Source of the DNA: Azolla caroliniana
Taxonomy: Eukaryota; Plantae; Polypodiophyta
Direction: 5' to 3'
Assembly (NCBI GenBank): GCA_043228905.1
Contig: JBHGNT010000014.1
Coordinates: 16,306,001-16,370,000 of the forward strand
Length of the DNA stretch: 64,000 nucleotides
The translations under genes and the position numbers were made by a program. How positions within the stretch are numbered: position 1 is the stretch's first letter; each line of letters begins with the position of its first letter. Shown in pieces: positions 50,400-64,000 of the stretch. A model generated the notes under the pieces. It saw only the letters and a list, made by a program, of their open reading frames with translations, was not told the origin of the DNA and did no database searches.

Positions 50400-52526
50400 G
50401 TTACGGGTAATAATTGGTTCACACAAACCTAGATTTGATTGAGCTTACATGGGATTAATGACCTGGCACAAAATTCTAGATGCCTTATGTTTCATAGGGA
50501 ACTCGTGGGTTTGATGCCTTGCCTTTACTATATGTATATTGATGAAGTGGACCATTCGCATTTTGTACACTATTGTAAGCTTCCCCAAAACAATAATAGT
50601 TGATGCTTAAAACCTATGTGGGAGATCTTAGATCTTTAGATTTTGTTCCACATGGATTGGTACATGTGACTAAGGTGTAGACATGTTGGCATGAATCGTG
50701 CACAAGCGCTAAGATCTTTAGAATAATATGTTACTTTGTTTTATTATTAATCTAGTTATGTGCTAGTTTACAAGAAACATGAAATATTTCATTTTATATT
50801 GTTAGTGTTGGACATGTTCTTGATGTTGAATGCATAGACGGGAAAAAAACCCCAAACAAATTTGCATTGAGAGTTGTATTCGTATTTGAATAACTTCTCA
50901 TAAGCGAAAGCTTAGTGCAAAAGAAGTGTCGGTGAAATGTGGGTTTTTGACTTTATGGGCACAATTGAAGAAATGCCCTTTTAAATTTCCAAAAGAATTG
51001 AGTAGAAACATGCATATGATATCAAATAATATTGTTATTAGATGACAACCTACAATGAAAACATGCTTCCTTTGTCCCATTTGTAAATTGTCATCTTTAG
51101 TACATAATAGAAAGATTAAAGTCTACCCAATAAATTAAAATTTGCCACGTGCATATTTTGTTGTCTTTTCCTACCTTTGTAGTCATTAGTAAAGACATCT
51201 ATCCATTGAGAGTATGTCTTATTATATGTATTAAACATCATCAATGGCAACTTAAATCTGTAGTTGTAGGGCAATCAATAGAATGTAACGATGGATTTCA
51301 AAGTATTAATCAAATATCCTATGTGTAACTCAAGAGTAATTTCTAAAGAGTGTGTCATAAGTTAAAATTGAAGAAAAAGGAACTCATTCAAGTTTGAGAA
51401 AGTAACAATTCACACTCCACAAGATATTATACTAAACGTCATCCCCAAACATATTAAAAAACAATGTGGATCAAGGCAAGTAACAACAAACATCAACAAA
51501 ACGTTATAAATTATCAAATACTTTGTTTTTGTAGACAACAAAAACCTTCAACGAACATATGTAGGTAGTACAATAGCATTGCAATGTAACAATGCTTCTT
51601 AAGGGTCATACATAGCTTGATAGTTATCTCTAACATGTGTTATTAGAGTTGACGTTCCAATTGTAATGCCCTCAAGAAGAAGGAAAATACTTGGAAGATA
51701 GTTTGGTGTCCTCAAGGAGATCGAACCTACAAATATAAAAGTAGGACAATAAGAGACATGATTGAAAAGCTAATTGTTGAGTGATGACAGAGTTCGGTTG
51801 AGATAGAAACCCGATCACCCAAAGTTCTTTCTAGGATTGCCACTTACGACATGCATCGACAAGAAAAACATCCAAATTTTTCATTAGACATATCCTATGC
51901 TTACTCGAGTACATTTACGCAATTAGTATTGCTTGCGTCAAATTTCAATGTAGAGGAGGCTTTGAGATGTATAAGTTTGATGAATCCAATTCCTCTTTTA
52001 GGAAAGATTACATCATTGATGTTTTGATTCAAGAGAAGCAATGGATACTAATTAATGGAAAGAGACTGTCTAACATGGATGATGAACAAAAAAGAAATTG
52101 GATTAGTTGGTTATGTCAACAAATTGCTTAGTTGTGAACAACTAAAACACAACAAAATTGTAGAAGAAGTTACACGGTAGTTATGAGAGTTGGATGAAGG
52201 AATCTAACTTGGTCTCTCTGCCCATAGTAAATGAGTTTAATGCAATCTTCGAGCATTTATGTTACATTGGATCAACACGATTATCTTCACATTGAACCCA
52301 AAACTAGCAGAGCAGGGGATAAAAAGACAAGCTTTATAACGACATCATGTGTATGAGTTTACACGTAAGAATGATATGATAAAAAGCATAAACAAAGTAA
52401 CGATTCATTAGATCGAAGCGGCGATGATGTTCAAAGTGTTGTAAATACAATGTATAATTCCATGGACAACCAAAACCAAAGCCTAAACTGAAACCTATGT
52501 GATGTATGGTTTGTCCATATTGTCAC

Positions 52527-52953
52527 TAACAATTGACAATGGTTCGGTTCGAGAGTGTTAAACTCAAACTATTTAAAAATTTTGAAACTTAAACTAAACC
52601 ATGAAACCGTAACCATTCAAACCGAACCTCTATAGAAAATCCAAACCGTTAAAATTGTGGTTTCATGCTTTGGTTTCGGTTTTCACATTACGTCAAAATT
52701 AAAAAATTCAAAAATTGAAATTTACAATTTTATATTTTCCAATATTTCAGATTTCAAATTTTCAAAATAGTAAAGAATTTTCTTAAAATGTCAGAATTAG
52801 GCTTAAAAAAATGAGAAGGTTGTCCAGAAAAATATTTAAGAAAATAATCAATTGGCAACGATAAAACCATCCAACCGTTTAAACCGAATAGAACAAAAAA
52901 ACCATTTAAACCGTTGGTTTCGCGGTTCAAAACCGAACCGTTGCAGATTACTA
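52527..52953. mobile_element. Non-autonomous hAT-like element upstream of the FANCC-like gene
   Basis: Ends TAACAATTGACAATGGTTCGGTT / AACCGAACCGTTGCAGATTACTA; AAACCG motifs; 8-bp flanks ATTGTCAC/ATCGTTGC differing only by transitions. Confidence 0.6.
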
Positions 52954-53134
52954 ATCGTTGCATTAATCAGGAGATCAGGGGATCAAATCACAATGAATGA
53001 ACAATTACTAACTTTAATAATATAATCGTGTGTTGCCATGATATGTCTGCATAACAAACAGCATTTTTACATACATTAAAACCATCATTCTTTTTTATTT
53101 TTTTCTGTGTGAAGCTCATAGATCAGAGAAGAGC

Positions 53135-56100
53135 ATGATGAGCTCGCCTCTGGACCAAGCCATTGCTCTGCTTACTACTAGCCATGGCGATGGCGATGGC
53201 GATGGTCATGGCCATCATAATGCTGGTTATGTCCACCAGGATGATGATAGATCTAGTGGGCTTCGGAGTTTTCTTCGATCGGGAAACGAAGATCCCATGG
53301 TCGATTCGGTTCTCTCCATGCTTGGCTTCACCAACACTTCGGTACGCATTTCTTTCGTCTCTTCAGTTCCCTCTGCTCTCTAAATTCTAAATCATGCTTC
53401 TCTGTTATCGGAAACCCTAATCGTGTTGCTCGTTTTTCTAGACACTAGTGAGGGTTTAGGGTTTTCTCATCATTATTGAGGGTTTAGGGTTTTCTCAACA
53501 CTATTGAGGGTTTAGGGTTTTCTTGGCCTTCTAAATCTCTTTTGAGATGTAGCCTATTGCTTTGGGAAGCTCGGTCTGAAAAGTTATTGTACACTCTATA
53601 TCGCATGATGAAATTAGTTCTGTTTTATTGTATAGATGTGTCAAATTATACTATGCTCGTTTTTCTTTGCTCTTTCTTTTATTCGACTAGTTTATTTAGA
53701 TTTAGCATAGAATCTTTCGTTTTCAGAGACTTCATTTGTTTGGATTTATGTATAGTGTATTGTTACGAAGTAACGTATACTCTACATCCATCAGTCAGAA
53801 AATTTGAAGAAGAACGTGAATTAGCTATCTTTTTAAAGTTTTCTGCTACCTTGTTTCTTACATGTTTGGCTTAGAATTTTCTTCTTCTGGGTTTTAATCT
53901 GCCCAGATTTGTTAACTGTATACACACACACACACACACATGCATGTATGTATCTGTATTGAGATATGATAATGTTTAGGTACATCGATCGTTTTGGAAC
54001 ATTTCAGGGACAACATTGGCAACAATCTTGTCTACTTATGTCGCTTCTGAAACTCAGCTATTATTCCATAGCTTGGAAAGTGTACAAACTTCCACAGATC
54101 TGGCCAAAAGTTCCATCTTTGTGGGAGATGTTGTGTCAAAGAATGACAATCCTCAACTTTCTGATGATTATGGATTTGAAGAACCAAAGAATGATTTGAA
54201 GGAATTTATGGGTCATGTCATCTTCCTTCTTAAAGGAACTGCAATTGAAGGTAAGCTCATAATTTCAGCCATTTTTTCAATCATTTCCTGAGGAAATATA
54301 CCGTTTTCAACTCTTGGGTTGGTAAAAGTGAAATTATATTATATAAAAATGATTTTGTTTAGAAGGAAAATATTAGTTAAAAACACTGTTCTCTTATGTA
54401 GGAACCTGAGATTGAAGTGAAGTTTCCTCTTACACTTCTCTTTGAGAGGAATTTTGTTTAGAAGGAAAATCTTAGTTAAAGACACTGCTCTCTTATGTAG
54501 GAACCTGGGATTGAATTGAAATTTCCTCTTACACTTCTCTTCGAGAGGAGAAGAGGAGAGTGTTACTGTACATGATCTCAAATTTTGAACATGAATGCTT
54601 CTTGCAAGGAACGTAATTAACACATTTGTCAGACTCAAACCACAACTTTGTGGTCATAAAGCGTAACCTCCCATTTCATAATACAATTTATAAATGTAAA
54701 TTTGTACCTGCGATGTTAATGGATGGCATTTTATTGATACATCTAATTTATGATTATAAAACTCATGAGATGTGTAAGGGTAAGGCTTTCTCATTTTGTT
54801 TAGGCACATAATGTTATCATTCTAGTTTGCAAAATGTTGTGAACAATATCAACCACTCTTTTTTGTTTCGTTCAGAACCACTTGCTTTGGAGCTATTAGA
54901 ATTGTTGCTGAAAGCTATTTCTATTTTTTCGTCGATGAAATTGAGACATTCTGGAGGTTGCCTATTGTATGAAAGAGAACATAACACAATGGTATCGGCC
55001 CCATCTTTTATGTGTCCTTTAATTCAGTTTGCTTTGGCAAAGAGGGAAGTCTTCTATGATCGCTTCAGCTCCACGACAAGGTGATTGCTTTCCTAGTAAG
55101 CTACAATCAAACATAAAAATAATGAATATTCAGTAAAGTAAATGGAATGAATATGTCCTCGTGTCCATTTGGATACCATGCTTTCTTTTGAGAGAAACAG
55201 ATAGTGATTATGCTGAATCATTCCCCATTTGTGAAGAGTTGCCATTTTGTGCTAGGTTACATTAGTGTTACAGGCATGGCCACACTTTATCCTAGTGTAT
55301 AACCATAATTTATCCTATGGTAAGTTCTACCGTAGTATTTTAATACACGAGGATAAAGTCTGTTAGGATCATAACCGGCCACAACCGGTTATCACGTATA
55401 CTTATGTGGGGTGCAAAGAATCGAATAAGATAGTGCACAGACAGAAAATGGGAAGGTACAGAGACACAAGTATTTTAACGTGGAGAAAAACCACGGGGGT
55501 CCACAAACCCCAAGAACTGAATAACTATAAAGGTAAAGTATACAATAAGGATCTCAGAGGCAACAACCTTCGAGTCCTTCTTCGTCTCACAGATGGCGGT
55601 AGAGTTACTCTTTCTCTCTGTATCACTCTTACACACAGTTATAGAGGCAACAACCTCGTCAGTAACTATTTAACTATAATGATCAACTCCACCAAATCTC
55701 TTAACCATAATGATTTGCCCTAGGTGTATATATACTGATACAACATTCGGGGCTATTTACAAATATGGCCCACTAAGGGTATATTTAGACTATTTACAAA
55801 TATAGTCTCCCGAATCAGCTTCGACTGATTCGACTAATAACCGAGTTGATTTTCGATCCATTGTTGATTTGTCGATTTTTCGGAAATCGATTTTCGGCCT
55901 CGGCCAAGTTTACCTATCAACTCCATTCCATTTGGCTCGTGCTCTTCCCATCCGGAGGGACCTATTTTCCCAACAGTGTCATCATGCCCGTAACAATTAG
56001 ATTTTTAGAAGATCCTATATTGAAATTTCCTTGAGTTTGTGCAACTGAAATTTGAAATATGGGAGAAAGGAAGGCCAAAGTCCTGTAGTGAAGAGGGTTA

Positions 56101-58970
56101 AACTCACATACCTAGTATCTCAGACACCACCACGTTGGTTCCATAATGAAATGTCCTACATGAGTGGTAGCTGAACTTTGGTTTACTCACAGTTTCTAGG
56201 CTTGTGCTTCATACTACATCAGATTACATGAATGAACTACTTTTGTAGACACAGAAACACTTCAAACTATGGAAGGTCTGAACCAACCTTGATCTGTCTA
56301 TCACAGCTTTTTCTTGGTGTTGTATCTATACTATACTGTAAAAACTGCAGATGGTATGCCAGATGAATAAATAGATATTACAGAAAGATTATACAAAATA
56401 AAAAAAGAATGTTAGTACCACAAAATACTGTTGTACTCTGTATAGGGACAGATTGGATTTTTTTCCTATTTAAAGCTATATTATAGTTGTCCAAGGAAAT
56501 TTCGATTATTTCTGAATCTTTAGAGTTCTGGTTCATAAACGCTGGAGAAGTGCAAGGTTCTACACATATATATATATATTTATAAACTTAATGTAGAAAT
56601 TCATGCAAGATCTCATTTGTAGATCTTTTTGGTTGGACAGAAGCTCAAAGGAATACTTTTTGGTGGGCACAGATTGCTCTTGTGGCGTCTTCAGCCAGAT
56701 TTGCTCTTAGAGGATCTATCTGCAATTCTTCAGAAAATTTCACACAGACCACTTCTACCATTGAAGCACGAATTGCGACATGTTGATGGGTGGTATAACC
56801 TTGTCCTTGGATTGGTTTCAGGACCAGACATCTTCTTGAAAGCAAGAACAGTATTGAATGGCTGGCTGCTGGCTGTGTAAGTTTTATAAGTAACCCTAAA
56901 GTGATTTGGTGTTGATTAGATATTTATCTGTTGTTAGTATCACCTTTGATTAGGCAATTTCTATCATTCTCAAGCCTTGGTTTGTGAAAAATGGATTAAC
57001 AGGAGCTTGGAAATTTTAATTTATAAAGCTATTTTTTCAGTAGACAAGGTGTTAGCTAATGGTTAGTGCAATGATATCAAAGTCAATATATACATGCAAC
57101 ACTAGTAGAAAATGATTTTATAGTTGACAGTGTTATGATGTCAAAATCAGAATATGAATGCTCCTTTTACCTGAATGCAACATAGGTCCTTTGCATTAAA
57201 CTTCAATGCAAGTCCTGGAGGTTATCAAGCATAAATTAGAACTACACCACTATACATTTATGTATATTATTTGTAAACTTTCTTATGGGTGTATAAAGGC
57301 AATGCATCACATTGTGCTTTAACATATAATGCCTGTTCTTAATTCTGATTGTTTTGTGCTGCAGTGGTGCTTCATGTTTGTTTGATCTGAAAGAAGGGCT
57401 TGGTGCTGCAGTGCTGGATGTGCTGGAACATCCATTTTCATGGGGACTTTGTTTTGAGGCTGGAAAGAATCTCCCTCCGTTGTCAGCATTTTACCATGTA
57501 AACTTACAATCATCAGTGAAGATTCTTATGAGAGCACCTAGTTTTTGTGGACTAAAGGACCTTCTTGATTTGATCACGAGAAATGGTTCACAGTATACTA
57601 GAGATAATAGGGAATCCCAATGTGAAGATTTTGCAAACAGTGCATTGGATACTAGGGCAATAGCCTGTACAGAGATGGATCTTCGCATTCCAGATTCTCT
57701 ATGGTGTGTATGCAAAACTTTTTATAACCTCTAATAACAAGCAATAGTCTCAATGTACTGACTGCCTGGTTTTCTCTGTTTTCACAGGATGCTTTTGCTG
57801 GAGTTTCCTACATGGCTCCATTTTGCTTTGTTTTCACTTTTCTTGAGGCCCAATATCTTGCTTAAAGATTGTGATGGCATTGCTCAAACACAAAAGCTTC
57901 ATGTAGAAGAATGGATAAGTTCAGGACATCGCGAAATTGCGGCAAGGTATATTTCATGGAGCTTCAGCCCCCATGACAATAAGCTCAGAGACCTTGTAGT
58001 GAGGATGCTCTTTGAACTAGTTGAAAATTGGCAGAAAATTAAGGATAAGGGAGGGGGAAATAGTGAGGAAAGTTCTTCCAGGATTAAGCGTAGAAGGTTG
58101 ATAAAGATTAATAAAGAAGAAAAAACCATAGCAAAAGTTGATCAACATGAAATTCTGAGGAGAAAGGATGCTGTTATTATTGGTACTAATAAACACTTAT
58201 GGAGAGATGGTTCAGAGGTTTTATTCTATGAGGATGCTGTCAACTGTTGGCTTATGAATTTCCGAGATTCTTGTCATCTCCTTGATACCTATAGCCAAGT
58301 AGGATCACATCATACAATAGAACCTCATAGTAAATATCAAGCTAATAGAGCATTGTTGAATGAGAATAGTGAAAGCATATTAGCTCATTCTTCTCATATC
58401 AAAATGTCGTCATTTTTTAGCACTTTTCCACTTATAGCGCTTTCTTGTTCGCCTCAGCTACAAAACCATGCCACTATTGACATCGTCCTTCATTTTGTTC
58501 TGTCTGGATATGGATGTTTGTTCTCAAAAGTAAATGGCATTGGAACTATGGAAGCGAGACAAGGCAATTCTTGTAGAGAGCCATCTCACCGAACTGAAGA
58601 TTATAGGGATTTATGTATGGACCCGTTTTGCCGATCTTTTTCTGTTCATGCTTCTTCCGGAATAGCGGCCTTGGCTGTAGCAAGGGTCTTTAAATTCCTT
58701 GAAACCATAGATATAATTTATGGTTCACTCAGTTTGGAATGTGTCGATGGATTTAAGGAGATGATTATCAATCAACTAATGGTCTGTATACGTCGTTGGT
58801 GTGAAGATGTGGCGAATGCCGAATGTGTAACTGTACTAGATGATTTGCGACATAGAGCTAGTCTGTGGATCAATGGAGCTGAACTTCAAAATGCAACATT
58901 AAGGGCTTTTAATCAAGTATTGCAAGATTTGGATGTAGTGGTCATCTCATCATCCTCTGTAGATGTATGA
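53135..58970 (+). CDS. FANCC: Multi-exon conserved plant protein (~790 aa), probable Fanconi anemia group C (FANCC) homolog of the At3g60310 family
   Basis: Exons 53135-53341, 53980-54250, 54876-54991 (3' end uncertain), 56623-56876, 57365-57703, 57788-58970, phase-consistent; motifs VDSVLSMLGF, LLWRLQP..HRPLL, VLDVLEHPFSWG..LP, WMLLLEFPTW, AARYISWSFSP resemble the At3g60310 family as I recall it. The gene model is more secure than the name. Confidence 0.62.
54352..54549. repeat. ~99-bp tandem duplication in intron 2
   Basis: ATTTTGTTTAGAAGGAAAAT...CACTTCTCTT(T/C)GAGAGGA twice. Confidence 0.85.
55361..55975 (-). mobile_element. Intronic solo LTR related to copia B
   Basis: TG...CA; minus strand starts TGTTGGGAAAATAGGTCCCTCCGGATGGGA like LTR B; shares CCCGTGGTTTTT and GGTTGTGGCC motifs; flanks AAGTC/GTGTC (partial TSD). 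Confidence 0.8.
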
Positions 58971-59329
58971 TTGTTCATGTAATTTTGGACATTTTGTAAG
59001 AGCAGATTCGAATTGCTAATTCGATGTAGATTTATGGCATTATATTTGCTTGGATTTGAGATTGTTTCAGTTTGGATGTTTGTGTATCTATACAAAGCTT
59101 AATATCCGGAACATCAAGTGAATGTCTGATGAATGATAAACTCATTGAATATGCATCACATCAATCATGTTTCTTGTGATTTCATATACAGGTGATGTAT
59201 TAGTTGGTAATAATTGCCATCTTTGAGCCCAACAACCAAGGTGTCAATGTACAAACTCCAACAAAACCTATCTTCTTGAGCTGGGTCAAATGGCCCACAT
59301 TTGTTAATAACGAATGAGGTAGAGCATGA

Positions 59330-60450
59330 CATAAATTTTATGATGTGGTTGATGTATTGTGCATGATCTCGTTAGTCATGGATTGGATGTGGATTTCATA
59401 GAGGATAACGTGGACATGATTTTAAGGCATCTTCCTAATGGTAAGAGCCTTGGTTGGGATGGCTTAACAAATGAAGTTTTAAACGATATTCAAACATTGT
59501 AAAGCAGCCCCTAACTTTAATATTTCAACATTGTTGGGATTTTGGTTGTGTGCCGCAATCTTGGAAGGTTGGTCTCATTAAATTAGTTTGAAAGGTGGCA
59601 TCTCTAGAGTCATTTCATCAATGAAGACCTATCTCTTTGATGTGTGCCACAATCTTGGAAGGTTGGTCTCATTAAATTAGTTTGAAAGGTGGCATCTCTA
59701 GAGTCATTTCATCAATGAAGACCTATCTCTTTGATGGGGGGGTTATATAAGATATTTTCAAAGGTCTTATAAAATAAATTACAAAAGCATTTGCTAAAGT
59801 CGCTACATCCTACCCTATATAGTTTTATTGTAGGTAGGAATATGTTGTATAACGTGTTAAATGTTTAAATGACCATGAATTATAAATGACACACTCATCA
59901 AGAATTAATTATGGTGCAATTAGATTTGGAGAAAGCTTATGATCATGTTAATTGGTCCTTTGTTTTCGGGTTAATGGATACAATAGGCTTTGGACCATAT
60001 ATGTCTTGCCGCATATTTTTATTAGGATAAGATGGGGTGTCTCAACTAATGCTTAATGGGAAATTACACAGATAAGTTCATGTATTAGAAGTCCCAATCT
60101 CGGCATTTCATGTATGCTTGAAGGTTGTACAATGTATTATATTACTTGCCATTGTTGCCATTGACAAAGAAGGCTTTCCATTTTGCTTTGCAACCTCTTC
60201 AATATTGTTGAGGGAGAAGATGGGAATCACATGGGTTGTGTGGAATGATCTCGTAACCCTTAAGCACTTGGGGGAAATTGGAATATTTAACTTATTTATG
60301 CATATGATGGCTCGTCGGTCTTTTCATTATTGTAAGATATGTGTTCAGACTCACAACCACGGATATGTATTGTTCAATATTTCATTGAGACCAAGGGTTT
60401 AACACATGGGAGGACAATGATTAAGGCTTCATGGTGATAATTACTAAACG
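59330..60450 (+). mobile_element. Degenerate, internally deleted L1-clade LINE ORF2 relic with a 94-bp tandem duplication (59547/59641)
   Basis: LPNGKSLGWDGLTNE, WKVGLIKL, LDLEKAYDHVNWSF, WNDLVTLKHLGEIGI; many stops. Confidence 0.75.
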
Positions 60451-60458
60451 GATGTATG

Positions 60459-60589
60459 TAGGGATCGACAACGGCTCGGCTCAAGCCTAAACCATTTTAA
60501 AACGGCTTAGCAGCTTAAAACGGCTCGGCTTAGGTTTGAGCTGGGTCCGGCTTGGCTTGAGCCTTGCCAAACCGGTTAAGCCGTTTAGA

Positions 60590-60645
<56 letters not shown>
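60459..60645. mobile_element. hAT-like terminal fragment followed by (GA)n
   Basis: TAGGGATCGACAACGGCTCGGCT start with CGGCT motifs; about 25 GA units. Confidence 0.5.
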
Positions 60646-60647
<2 letters not shown>

Positions 60648-61806
60648 GATGCATCGAATGGGGTTTGGTGATTGTATGTCAAATTTGATATATACATTGG
60701 GGGATGCTTCAATGTCACATGTCATGCTTAATGGAGGAGTAACACAACCTATTTCGGTGAGAAGGTCAATTAGACAAGGGTGCCCCCTTAGTCCACTTTT
60801 GTTTACTATTGTCACTCATTCTATACTTGTTAAGCTACATAATATGACAGTGGATGGAGATTTGGTTGGGTTAAGATTGCCATTTGGGAGACAGTGTATT
60901 GTTCAAGCGCTAGCAGATGATCATTTTATGTTTTTGGGAGCTACATGTAATAATGTTACAAAGGCTATAAAGGTTTGGGAATTGTTTTCTCTTGCATTAG
61001 GATTAAAGATTAATATGCATAAATTAGTTCTTATTTCATGTATTGAGCAAAATATATTGGAGCTTGGCTGGTCAGGAAAGATTGTTAATCGTGGGGAAAT
61101 TTTTCGACACTTGGGTTACCCTATTGGAGTAGAAGTTTCACATGTTAAACTAGTTGATTGGGTGTCGAGAAAGATTGAAAATAAACTGTTCATCTATTGG
61201 AGATCTCAGTCATGGCCATTTCATATAAGGGTTAAAGTTGTGCAATCCATTATGATACCCATGGTTTCTTATTATCTTCCATTGTTGCCATGGTCTAAGA
61301 AGCCTGTTGAAAAGGTTACCCAATCCATGCGTTCATTATTATGGGAGAAAAAAGAGAAACATGACATTTCTTGGTTGGCATGGGATCATATTTGTACTCC
61401 AAAACGGCTTGGTGGAGCAACATTATTGAATGTATATGAGCATATGGTAGCTCGAAGGTTTTCATTACTCATTTCTATGTTTGCAAACACACAACCATGG
61501 ATAGAAATGGTGATTTTCTTTATTGAGAGAATTGGCATCAAGTTTGGCAAAGTAAGAGTAGAAACACATTGGTTATTGGTGGAATGTAGTCAACTCCAAA
61601 GGCAAGTGAAGTGTTCAATGTCTTGGGTTGTTAATAAATTATTATCATCTTGGCAGAATGTGTTAGAATTTGTCAAGTGGGATCCTCCATCACATAGAGA
61701 GCATGCAAATTCTCTACAACTAGAGATTTTGGCAACATCAAGGGTGTTGGATTGGGAAACTATAAAGAATCAAGAGATGGATTCTTGTGAAGCGGAAGAG
61801 ATGTGA
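60646..61806 (+). pseudogene. Truncated L1-clade LINE reverse transcriptase ORF (386 aa)
   Basis: SIRQGCPLSPLLF, LADD, FRHLGYPIG, WDHICTPKRLGG. Confidence 0.85.
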
Positions 61807-61836
61807 GTTATGTGTGTGTGTAAGAGAGAGAGAGAG

Positions 61837-61891
61837 TGTCGTGACTTGAGAATAGGAGAGAGCAAAATAAGATGACAGTAGAAGGTAGAGG

Positions 61892-61927
<36 letters not shown>

Positions 61928-62124
61928 ACACTAGAAATGGAAAGAGAGTTTATATTATAAGAGAGCAAGGATTACAAAGAGTAGGCTAAGGGGCTACAAA
62001 CTGGTGTTGAACCGAATGAGTTGTGATGAATGAATAGACACCTATTTATAGGTCCTTATGGAGTATTCAACAAGACTTCTTGGGCTCGAATCCTTGTAAG
62101 GCCAAAATGTATGTCGTCATGACA
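61837..62124 (-). mobile_element. Single LTR of chromovirus family 1 with an internal U3 deletion
   Basis: Reverse complement of 4949-5372 lacking much of U3; TGTCATGA...TCACGACA; flanks do not match. Confidence 0.88.
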
Positions 62125-62258
62125 ACAACAAGTATCTGAAACCAAACCGACTCGGGTTCAGGACCGACTAGAACGATATCGGGTGAGCTGACCGGCTGCA
62201 CCCCACTAAGCTTCCTAGTCAACTCTGAACAGAGTCTTACCAACCGAAACCGAATTAG

Positions 62259-63491
62259 ATGGCATCAATATCCGGCTCATCGGAGATGAGTCTAAGGAGG
62301 TTCGACGGCTCAAACTTCAACTTCTAGAAGGAACAAATGTAGGACTATCTCATAGTCAAGAGTCAGATAGACCCGATTGAGAATGAAAATCCTCAAGAAG
62401 CATACAAGGCAAACGAGTGGCTAAAGCTGGACAGAATCGTCCGCACCATGATTCGGATGCACTTGTCAGAGTCAGTGTACTTCACAGTGCAATCATGCAC
62501 TACAACTTTTGAACTTTGGAAAACACTGTCGGAAACTTATGAAAAGAAGGTCACCGCAACGAAGATGTATCTGATCCGGCGCCTCTACAACTTGCGGATG
62601 AAAGAATCTGATTCGGTTCAGGCACACCTCAAGGAGTACGAAAGCATAAGCTCCCAAATCTCGTCTCAGGGTACGACAATCGAGGATGAACTCAGAGCAA
62701 TGATACTCATGAGTAGCCTTCCCTCTTCATGGGAAACTTTCATTATAACCGTGTGCAATGCTTCAACGACTGCCGTTAAGTACTCCAAAGTCACGAGTGC
62801 AATCCTGACTGAAGCAGCTCAGAGAAAGTCTTTCGCCAAAGACTCGGCAGATGAAGCTTACGTAGTACAAGGTTCGACCAACCGATCGAACAACTGGGGA
62901 AGAAGTTCTTCCCGACCGTCGAACAATCAGCGAAGCCGAAGCAAGTCCCAAGACAACCGAATCTGCAACTACTGCAAGAAACCAGGACACATCAAAGTCG
63001 ACTGCCAAGCACTCAAAGCAAAAACCGACAAAGCTCAGAGAGCGGATTAGAAGAGTAGTCGGCATGAGGAGGTCAACTACGTCGGCTCTTCAACCGAAAT
63101 CTTGATGACCGACCCGAACATACAGTCCATAGAGAACCCAGTCGAATCAGAAGTTTTGCTTACGACTGAGGAATCAAGCACATGGCTCCTGGACTCGGGC
63201 ATATCGTATCATGTGACACCTCACCGATCTCGGTTTCGGCAAAACTCGGACCGGCACTCCGACTTAGTTCGAGTCGGAAACTCGCAACATTGTGCTATAA
63301 TCGGAATCGACACCGTAGAGCTCAACCTTCCAGGTGGCTCTACACTCGTACTACACAACGTCTGACACGTTCCTGAGCTTTCAAGACCCTTGATCTCAGT
63401 CGGACAACTTGACAAAGCCGGCATCCGTGCCGGGTTGTCATAAGGAGGGTGGACACTCCACAAAGGGAACCTCCTGCTTGCTCGAGGACTA
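62259..63491 (+). mobile_element. Degenerate Tork-like copia gag-protease fragment (same family as D)
   Basis: YLIRRLYNLRMKE, SSLPSSWETF, CNYCKKPGHIKVDC, WLLDSG; several stops. Confidence 0.85.
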
Positions 63492-64000
63492 TGTTGGGAA
63501 CTCGACGTTCCTTATGTCCGACGCTCGGCCACAACCGAGCTTCTTTTCATACACAGGAAAAACAGGTAATAAAACGCGACACAAAAGAGGAGAAATGGTG
63601 CACATGAGGTATACGTGGAAAACCCCAAAGTAGGGGAAAAAACCACGACAGACCACAAGCTGCAAACTGTCACTATGCAGAAATATACAACAGTGAGATC
63701 ACTGAGGCAACGACCTCGTGCTCTCAGATCTTCGCCACAGGCGGCGGTTACAACAGAGGCTACGACCTCGTCTCTCTCTCTCTCTCTGTCTCTGTACAGT
63801 TATGCGCTTTAGTTTCTTCTTGCACCAACAAGGAAGAATAATAATAACAACATAACTAAAAGTTTGCCCTAAGTCATATTTATACTAATATGACTTTTCG
63901 GCTATTTACAAATGTAGCCTTGATGGGCTTCATCCGGTTCTCCGCAGTCGGGTACTCCTCATCCGGTTCATATCGGGCCTACACCATCCGACTCTCTGCA
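63492..64000 (-). mobile_element. LTR related to copia B, running off the window end
   Basis: Starts TGTTGG; CTCGGCCACAACCGAG, GCCCTAAGTCATATTTATAC and CCGG repeats match the reverse complement of LTR B. Confidence 0.85.

Noticed and set aside
50900-52470. Possible decayed hAT transposase on the minus strand (RCMS*V, FDASNTN fragments)
   Set aside because: Too degenerate to support by eye; needs tBLASTn or an HMM search.
53452-53520. TTTAGGG-like repeats as interstitial telomere
   Set aside because: Only three spaced telo-box-like copies in a first intron, which is common in plant genes.

Overview
Eukaryotic plant DNA, probably a non-seed vascular plant such as a fern (inferred from Tcn1-type chromoviruses and the LINE types; not provable here). 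Bases 1 to ~37,100 are a deep nest of LTR retrotransposons. A degenerate Ty1/copia host (A) carries a solo LTR, a deleted chromovirus and a near-complete minus-strand copia (C). C itself holds an intact, very young Tnt1/Tork-like copia (B: 7298-13017, 801-bp LTRs, 1358-aa ORF). A second host (D) carries a solo LTR > chromovirus > solo LTR stack, followed by a small non-coding LTR element and further copia relics. Bases ~39,500-59,000 are a gene island with three + strand genes: an X8-domain/PDCB-like protein, 60S ribosomal protein L18a (eL20), and a probable plant FANCC homolog, with MITEs in between. The window ends in LINE fragments and more LTR relics. The most unusual signals are: (1) a TRIM-like element with an inverted tRNA primer-binding site where the polypurine tract should be; (2) tRNA-spaced A/B-box modules in the U3 of four LTR families; (3) perfect heat-shock elements, self-priming and a -1 frameshift pseudoknot in the chromoviruses; (4) a solo-LTR group making 4-bp CG-centred target duplications; (5) copia elements with a duplicated PPT and a long C-terminal extension after RNase H. 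Coordinates were read by eye and may be off by a few bases.
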